Source: Candidatus Methylomirabilia bacterium (GTDB lineage: Bacteria; Methylomirabilota; Methylomirabilia; Rokubacteriales; CSP1-6). From it: 33,234 nt of DNA. Below are positions 24,435 through 30,451 of this stretch, piece by piece; the first letter of the stretch is position 1, and each line of letters begins with the position of its first letter. Under the pieces are notes generated by a model, which was not told where the DNA came from, searched no databases, and saw only the letters and a list, made by a program, of their open reading frames with translations. The stretch covers positions 1-33,234 of the forward strand of contig JBGPYK010000001.1 of assembly GCA_041493245.1 (NCBI GenBank), given 5' to 3'. The translations under genes and the position numbers were made by a program.

Positions 24435-25091
24435 TCAGGTGGCGCCCGATCTGCCTGGGCCTTTCGGCCGCCCGGCGTCCTTTCGCGTGTCGGATAGCAC
24501 GATGCCGAGGAGCTTGACCTCCACGCCATCGAGGATCCGCTTGATCTCCCGCACCTCGGCGCCGCTCGCCGGCGGCCACCACGAGAACCACGCCGCCGGC
24601 CCGCGGAGCGATCAGCGCCGTGTCGGTGAATCCGAGGCCGGGCGGGCCGTCGAGGACAATGAACCGGAACAGCCGGCGCAACGCCTGCATCACGTCGGCG
24701 TACCCGGTGGACGCGAGGAGCGAGAGCGGCTCGGCGAGGGGGCTTCCGGCGGGTAACACGAACAGCGACGGAATCTCGGAGACGCGAACGGCGGACTCGA
24801 TGTCCGTCTTCTTCAGGAACAGCTCCGACAGCCCCGGGACCCGCTCCACCTCGAACGTCTCGTGCGCGGACGGCGCCGTAGGTTGAGATCGACGAGCAAG
24901 ACGCGGTCCTCATTCATGTGAGCGACCGCGACGGATACCTGCGTCGCGACAATGCTGACGCCGTCCCCGCCGTACGCCCCGGCGAACAGGACCACGTTCT
25001 CCGATTCCGTGAACACGGCGCGAAGCCGCGCGGCGAGGCGGACTCCGTCCTCGCGTAGCTGGAGCGGATCCCGACACGCCGGCTCGCTCAC
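24435..25091 (-). pseudogene. Second BY-kinase-like paralog, disrupted by two compensating frameshifts
   Basis: Three collinear segments match the 22208-22873 protein. Segment 1 (25091 to ~24876): DPLQLREDGVRLAARLRA...VLFAGAYGGDGVS...VLLVDLNLRR. Segment 2 (other frame, ~24875 to ~24562): PSAHETFEVERVPGLSE...FIVLDGPPG...VVLVVAAGERR. Segment 3 (back in the first frame): AEVREIKRILDGVEVKLLGIVLS... to TGA at 24435-24437. The GTG start overlaps the GT2 stop as GTGA (25088-25091). Total length is 657 nt, which is 219 codons. Confidence 0.75.
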
Positions 25092-26275
25092 AGGCGGCGC
25101 ATTCCGAGGATGCTGACGAAGAAGCTGGACAGAACCGTCTGAAATCCCATCGCCGTCAGCGTGACTCCCGGCACGACCAGTCGCATCGTGCGAGCGTAGT
25201 CCAGCGGCCCGAAATCGGCGAGCCGCCACTGGTTGACCGCGCCCAGGAGCAGCGTCACACCAATGAGCATCGCCGCCGCGGCGACGATCAGCCCTCGCTC
25301 CAGGTTGACCAGCTCGAAGAAGCGGGTCGTGAACGGATCTTCGGGCAGGAGGCCCTCACTGATCGCGAAGGTCTTCGTAAAGATGGCGAAGAGCATCGAC
25401 TGGTAGCCGATCAAGACGGCCAGACTCGCGAACAGTAGGGTGTGGGCGTCGAAGGCGACACCCCGGAACCTGAAACCGGGCATGGCCAAGGCGTACCCGA
25501 GCAGGCCCAGGACTACCAGCGCCACGCCGGGGACGAGGAACAGCCAGCGCGGAGAGTACATGAGGAAGAAGCGCAGGGTGCGCCAGCCGTCGCGAAACGT
25601 CTTGAGGTGCGGCGGGTGCGCCTTCCGGCCGTCGAGGTGCAGCGTGATCGGGACTTCCGCGATCTTCGCCCCGCGCAAGCTCGACTTGATGATCATCTCG
25701 GTCGCGAATTCCATACCCGTGCAGCGTTGGCCGAGCCGGTCGTACAGGGCCCTGGTGAAACCGCGGAAGCCGCAGTACACGTCGTGGATCGGCGCGCCGA
25801 ACCAGCGTCGGGCCATCAGTGAGAACTGGGGATTGCCCCACCAGCGATGCAGGAAAGGCATGGCACCCGGCATCACCCGGCCCCCGCCAGACGGCAGACG
25901 ACAGCCCTGCACCAGGTCGTAACCCTGCCGGAGCTTCGCCACAAACCTGGGCAACTCGAGGAAATCGTAGCTGTCATCGGCGTCGCCCATGATCACGAAC
26001 CGGCCCCGGGCCGCCGCGATGCCGCCCATGAGGGCGTTGCCGTAGCCCCGGGCCTCCACGCGAATCACGCGCGCGCCCAGGCGGCGAGCGATGTCGCCCG
26101 ACCCATCGGCGCTGCCGTTGTCGGCCACGATGATCTCGCCCGCGATGTCGTTCTCGCGCAGCGCGCGCTGCGCCTTGCCGATGCACGTTTCCAGCGTGTC
26201 CGCCTCGTTCAGGCACGGCATTACCACCGTCACCTCGGGGTTCTCCTCGATCCTTCCCTGGCCTCCGTGCATCAC
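25088..26275 (-). CDS. GT2 polyprenyl-phosphate glycosyltransferase (Dpm1/GtrB/ArnC-like) with C-terminal 4-TM domain
   Basis: VVMPCLNEADTLETCI, IVADNGSADGS and IMGDADDSYD (DxD), followed by four hydrophobic helices. First gene after a 430-nt AT-richer gap. Confidence 0.85.
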   Translation of the reverse strand: MMHGGQGRIEENPEVTVVMPCLNEADTLETCIGKAQRALRENDIAGEIIVADNGSADGSGDIARRLGARVIRVEARGYGNALMGGIAAARGRFVIMGDADDSYDFLELPRFVAKLRQGYDLVQGCRLPSGGGRVMPGAMPFLHRWWGNPQFSLMARRWFGAPIHDVYCGFRGFTRALYDRLGQRCTGMEFATEMIIKSSLRGAKIAEVPITLHLDGRKAHPPHLKTFRDGWRTLRFFLMYSPRWLFLVPGVALVVLGLLGYALAMPGFRFRGVAFDAHTLLFASLAVLIGYQSMLFAIFTKTFAISEGLLPEDPFTTRFFELVNLERGLIVAAAAMLIGVTLLLGAVNQWRLADFGPLDYARTMRLVVPGVTLTAMGFQTVLSSFFVSILGMRRL

Positions 26276-26707
26276 GCTGAGCTCACGCCGGTGGGCGGTC
26301 AGAAACCAGTGCGCCCGCTAGCTTTCTGAACCTCGACTGAGAGTTTGTGAATAAATCCCGAAGCTGGCAGTGGAGTGACCTGCAACTACTTGATTTCTCG
26401 TGGTGCCGACACGCCGCCATGAGATTAATTCACAACCTCTGACCGGAATAGATGCCTCGACAGCATCCCCTGAGTAGGATACGAGATGATACTGCATGAC
26501 TTATCCAGAGATCAACAGGCCGTCTCGCGCCGTCTAAGATGTTACCTGAGCGGGAATCGTCGCGCCATTTACGATGTAACTTTTGGCCGCGCCCCGGCCA
26601 GAGGAGTCCGACATCGTGAGTGCGCAAGCGAAACGGTCGCGTGTGTGGTTACGGGCCGGTGGCAGATCCCGGGCCTCAGATTCGTTGCGGTACCAACAGC
26701 CGATGAA
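26276..26707 (-). promoter_or_regulatory. Likely promoter/leader region of operon B
   Basis: 432-nt gap with the lowest GC in the window (runs such as tgtgaataaatc, gagattaattcaca, gatgatactgcatgacttatcc). It lies directly upstream of a ~10-kb same-strand gene train. ORFs here are short and lack SD or motif support. Confidence 0.4.
26345..26435. repeat. 12-bp inverted repeat TTGTGAATAAAT / ATTAATTCACAA (11/12 match), arms 67 bp apart
   Basis: Read directly: 26345-26356 ttgtgaataaat. The reverse complement of 26424-26435 is ttgtgaattaat. Confidence 0.6.
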
Positions 26708-27892
26708 CTACCGAGATTCTGCGGGCCGCAGCACGTTCTGCTGGACGACATACCGCGCGATCTCGGTGGCCGCGAGACGATGTCCTTCGGCGGTCCAGTG
26801 GCCGTCGCGGGCAAAATGCAGCGGCGGAGGTGCCGTCGCCGCCTGTCGGAAGGCGGGTGATAGATCCAAGAGCCGCCAACCACGGCGGTCAGCGATCTCC
26901 CGGACTCTCCGATTGGAGAACTCAAGGTCCCACTCAGGTGGCGGCAACGCGAAGGGGGCGGTCAGCTTTTGCCAGCTCTCCTCGTATACCTGGTGAGGCT
27001 CAGCGGCCATGACCAGGAGGAAGTCCGCCCCGCGCGCCTGCGCCGAGACCCTCAGGCGCTCGATCAGCAATTCAGTGATCAACCAGGCCTCGTACCACTC
27101 CGGCGTCGCCGTGCGAGAGTAGACATAGAGGTCGCGGGGCAGTTCACGCGAAGGCGTGCCGAAGAGGCTCCCCAGCCCCGATACCAGGGGGTCGATCACC
27201 CCGGTCTTGAAGACCACAGTGAAGACCGACCGGCCCAAGACCGTGCGCACCGCCGTCTCGGCCGCGTTTAGCACCGCCGGCCTCGGCGCCAGACCGATCA
27301 GCTTCAGATCGCTGGGCCCGTCGAGCGCGAAGTACGGCTTCCTGGCGGCCAGCGTGCTGTCGCGGTTGAGTCGGCGGCTGTTACCGGCCACGTCGCTGTC
27401 GAGGAAGAGCAGAACTACGAGGTCGGGTTGATAGTTCAGGCCCTCTTGCTCGAAGAAGAGCAACTGTTGGTCTGTGCTGTAGGCGATGACGCCGCCGTTG
27501 ATCACCTCGACGCGTCGGCCACCCGCTTGGGCGGCGAGCCGCTGCTCCAGCACGCGCGGGAAGGACTGCTCGAGCGGCACTTGGATCGCTTCCGGAAAGG
27601 AGTCGCCAAGTACTAGGATGCGGTAGACATCACGTTCCTTGGCGTAACCCCGCTCCACGTCGCGGAGGCCAAGGCTGTTGATCTTCGAGTAGGCGGTGAA
27701 CTCAGGGGTCTTTAGCCAGGCCGCAGAGCCCGGAATGTGATACCAGCCGAACGTGGGATGACGGTCCCAGAGTAGACCGGTCCGGTAGTTGCCGGGGAGA
27801 GACGGAACGGTCAGGCGTAGCACGAACTCCATCAGGAGGGCTACGCCCAGGAGTTGGATGACCAGTCGGCCGGCGAGGTGTCTCAGGTTCAC
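26708..27892 (-). CDS. SGNH/GDSL-fold protein of the AlgX/AlgJ (DxHW) type, N-terminally membrane anchored
   Basis: N-terminal helix (LVIQLLGVALLMEFVL). Block I ILVLGDSF, INGGV, and C-terminal ARDGHWTAEGH (the D-x-H-W-T..G motif of AlgJ/AlgX-like O-acetyltransferases/esterases). Confidence 0.75.
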   Translation of the reverse strand: MNLRHLAGRLVIQLLGVALLMEFVLRLTVPSLPGNYRTGLLWDRHPTFGWYHIPGSAAWLKTPEFTAYSKINSLGLRDVERGYAKERDVYRILVLGDSFPEAIQVPLEQSFPRVLEQRLAAQAGGRRVEVINGGVIAYSTDQQLLFFEQEGLNYQPDLVVLLFLDSDVAGNSRRLNRDSTLAARKPYFALDGPSDLKLIGLAPRPAVLNAAETAVRTVLGRSVFTVVFKTGVIDPLVSGLGSLFGTPSRELPRDLYVYSRTATPEWYEAWLITELLIERLRVSAQARGADFLLVMAAEPHQVYEESWQKLTAPFALPPPEWDLEFSNRRVREIADRRGWRLLDLSPAFRQAATAPPPLHFARDGHWTAEGHRLAATEIARYVVQQNVLRPAESR

Positions 27893-28317
27893 GTTCGCTC
27901 ACCTTTCCGAGGCGCCCGAGTCCGGATCCACCTGCGACATACCACAGCTGCCAGGCCCTATCAACCCCCACGAATCACGTGTGTAGGGAGCACATGATCT
28001 GTCCGCTCCCGAGAGCAAATGAAATGTCCGCTTCTGAGACGCCTGGAAGCCGCACGTAGGTACCGCGGCCAGGCATAGTCACTCACGCCCGTAACCACTG
28101 GACATCATGCGATTTTGCTCTCGAGACCGTGGAAGTTCGGCCAGCGCTGTGCCGGCCTACGCCAAATTTCTCCCGGATCTCGCGGGACCGCCGCCATGGT
28201 CGGCTCGACGGCCTCCGAAGGGCCCGCAACCGGCCGTGCTTCCGAGCCCCGATGGGCCTGTGATACGCGCCCATGATAGGGTCAACGGCGACCGTATCCG
28301 GCGCCAAGGAGACCTTC
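27893..28317. promoter_or_regulatory. Divergent intergenic region between the SGNH gene (minus) and the GT-C-like gene (plus)
   Basis: 425-nt gap between divergent genes. It contains a 15-bp direct repeat (see the 28000-28039 feature) and a CACGTG palindrome at 27976-27981. Confidence 0.35.
28000..28039. repeat. Direct repeat TGTCCGCTCCCGAGA / TGTCCGCTTCTGAGA (13/15), 25 bp start to start
   Basis: Read directly at 28000-28014 and 28025-28039. Confidence 0.55.
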
Positions 28318-29790
28318 GTGTCCGACTTCAGCGGCCACGTCCGCCCGACACTGGCCGAGCGTCCAGGCCACACCTCACCGGGGCCCAGCGGCGTGCCGGG
28401 TCCCCGCCTCCCCCGTCGCTTCCTCCTCTTGCTAGGACTGGCCCTCCTCTACTACGTGATCAACAAGCACCCCCAGTATCAGCCGCAGGAGCACGAGCTG
28501 TCGGCGCCCGTCCCGCTTTTGCCCATCCCGATCGTTGTCTGGCACACGATCGGCTGGCTCATCTTCGGAACCGGATTGTGGACGCTGTTCGCGTCCCGCG
28601 CCGAGTGGGCTCCTTCCGCCGACGACGTGCCGCTTCGCCGGAGCGCGCTCGCGACCCTCGCCCTCGCGTTCGCCATCGAGCTCGTGGCCCGGCTTTCCGG
28701 CGTCGGCTTCTTCGGCCTCGAGCAGCGCGTCGGCTGGGCAGGGCTGTTGGTCCCGGGGACGCTCGGCCTCCTCGCCCTCGCGGCGCTGCTACGGTGGCCC
28801 CCGGCCACTCCGGTCCTCACGCTCCTGATGCTGGCCGGTGGGCTCGGCGTCCGTCTGAGCTGGCTCGCCCTGGTCCCCCCGGATCCCAAGCACTCCGACA
28901 ACATGTTCGTCATCCGCGGGGGATTCGAGCGACTCGTGGCAGGCCAGACGCCCTACGCGTACTTCGACTTCGGAACGCACACCAACCCGATGCCGTACCT
29001 GCCCTGGACGTTCCTCAGCTACCTGCCGCCGTTCCTCGCCCGGCTGGATCTGCGCGTGACGAGCATCGTCCTGTCCCTGGCACTCGTTCTGCTGCTCTGG
29101 GCCCTTTTCCGAGCGCTTCCGATGAGCCCCACCGTTCGAAACGGGCTGGTGCTGGTCCTGGGCGTCCTCTACGCCCTGCCTCTGAGCATCAGCCTCGACG
29201 TGCAAACCGAGTTCCCGATGTTCAACCTGATGCTGGTGCTCACGTTTGCACTGATCGCGCTGCGGCGACTTCACCCAGCGGCCGTGGTCTACGGTGTCGC
29301 GTTGGGGGCCATGCCGGTCGCGCTCTACACCGTCGCCCCACTGCTGTGCTTCACCGTCCGCGGCAGACCATGGCGGCAGGCGGCAAGTCTGGTGGCGATC
29401 GTCTTGGTCGTGGCCGGCGTGCCGGTGTTGGCGTTTCTGTTCTGGGACCCTCACGCGTTCCTGTGGGCCGTCTCCTACGTCCCGCGCGAGGCCTGGAAGA
29501 GCCTGGACAACGGGCACTGGGACACGCCGTTCACGCCGATCGTCTGGCACCGTCTCGGAGGCTGGCTCCGTGCGGTCCAGGTCGCTTGGTTCCTCGTCTT
29601 CGCCACGCTAGCCTGGCAGCGCCTCCGCACCGTGCACGGGTTGATTGCCCTCGCTGCCGGGAGCCATCTGGCACTCGTCCTGTCCGGGCCCTATGTCGGG
29701 CCTCATCTCGTCCAGGTGGTGCTCTTCCTCGCGGTGCTGGGGGAGGCCGTCCGGGCTGCCGAGGTGGAGAGCCTGCCTCGTTCAGCCTGA
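28318..29790 (+). CDS. Polytopic membrane protein, GT-C-like (DUF2029/GT87-type polyprenyl-phosphate-sugar glycosyltransferase)
   Basis: About 11+ TM helices. First-loop motif HSDNMFVIRGGFERLVAGQTPYAYF...NPMPYLPWTFLSYLP resembles the D..vy..g...l.G..pY...f.Y.P motif of DUF2029/GT87. GTG 28318 has AAGGAG 6 nt upstream; ATG 28273 is an alternative. The overlapping 627-aa ORF in another frame was rejected. Confidence 0.65.
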   Translation: MSDFSGHVRPTLAERPGHTSPGPSGVPGPRLPRRFLLLLGLALLYYVINKHPQYQPQEHELSAPVPLLPIPIVVWHTIGWLIFGTGLWTLFASRAEWAPSADDVPLRRSALATLALAFAIELVARLSGVGFFGLEQRVGWAGLLVPGTLGLLALAALLRWPPATPVLTLLMLAGGLGVRLSWLALVPPDPKHSDNMFVIRGGFERLVAGQTPYAYFDFGTHTNPMPYLPWTFLSYLPPFLARLDLRVTSIVLSLALVLLLWALFRALPMSPTVRNGLVLVLGVLYALPLSISLDVQTEFPMFNLMLVLTFALIALRRLHPAAVVYGVALGAMPVALYTVAPLLCFTVRGRPWRQAASLVAIVLVVAGVPVLAFLFWDPHAFLWAVSYVPREAWKSLDNGHWDTPFTPIVWHRLGGWLRAVQVAWFLVFATLAWQRLRTVHGLIALAAGSHLALVLSGPYVGPHLVQVVLFLAVLGEAVRAAEVESLPRSA

Positions 29791-30384
29791 CCGGCACCCC
29801 TCCGCCACGCCATCCGCTCCGGCCGGACCCGCGCCTCTGCGGCGTCCAAGGCCCGCCGTCTCGCAGTCCCAAGGTTCCGCGCCCCGACGCATTCTTGTCA
29901 CCTTACAACCAGGGCATGCCAGCTTGTCACAGCTTCCCTAGCCGGGCCGCGGGGGCGCCCGGGGAACCACGGGTTCTGCCAGGGCCTTGACATCATTAAA
30001 TCCTCTCACCACCCCCCTCGGGCCTGGCTTTGGCACGCCTCTGCCCGTCCTCGGCAGTCACAGCGGAGCGCCGCGTTAGGCGAGGTGCTCGCCGAGGAGT
30101 ATCTCGTGGTCAAGCGTACGAAGACGGACAGGCGAGGCGGGGCGTCGACGGGCACCACCTCACGGAAACCTTCTCGAAGCTCGTCGCAGCAACCCTGTGG
30201 CTGCCTACACGGAAAACTTCCAATCATGCAACCGGTTAGCGCGCGGTTTGCCAATACTTGTAAGAGTGCTGCCCGATCTCGAAGGTTACGTCGTTGCCCT
30301 CCGAACCACGGACCTTAACAGGAGCGGATGAGGCGATCGAGTCGACTGGCATGCGGATTGAACCTTCAGTCTGGCAGCAGTAGT

Positions 30385-30427
30385 GGGACCCCCTTCCTGA
30401 CAAAAGCAAGCCGTACAAAGGGGTCCC
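30385..30427 (+). other. Stem-loop just upstream of the hydrolase ribosome-binding site
   Basis: GGGACCCC (30385-30392) pairs perfectly with GGGGTCCC (30420-30427). With a 1-nt bulge, TT/AA extends the stem. The loop is 27 nt between the 8-bp arms (22 nt if the TT/AA extension forms). The stem ends about 9 nt before the GGAGGAG SD of the 30452 ATG. Confidence 0.4.
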
Positions 30428-30451
30428 CAATGAAGCGGAGGAGTCTTTTCT

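Noticed and set aside
26345-26435. CRP/FNR-type site suggested by TGTGA ... TCACA
   Set aside because: The half-sites are about 70 bp apart, not the 6-bp spacing of a CRP/FNR palindrome. The element is kept only as an inverted repeat of unknown role.
28107-29990. 627-aa plus-strand ORF, the longest ORF in this region
   Set aside because: It is Arg/Pro/Ala-rich, low in complexity and without motifs. The 28318-29790 frame gives a sensible multi-helix membrane protein with a strong AAGGAG SD.
30006-30430. Minus-strand ORFs of 82 aa and 64 aa in the intergenic gap
   Set aside because: They show no motifs, an implausible Cys/Arg-rich composition (82 aa) and atypical codon GC3. Only the 38-codon inner ORF with an SD is mentioned, as a low-confidence possibility.
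29791-30451. Known riboswitch (for example c-di-GMP class I/II) in the long leader upstream of the hydrolase
   Set aside because: I could not find the conserved core sequences I remember for these classes. This cannot be excluded without an Infernal/Rfam scan.
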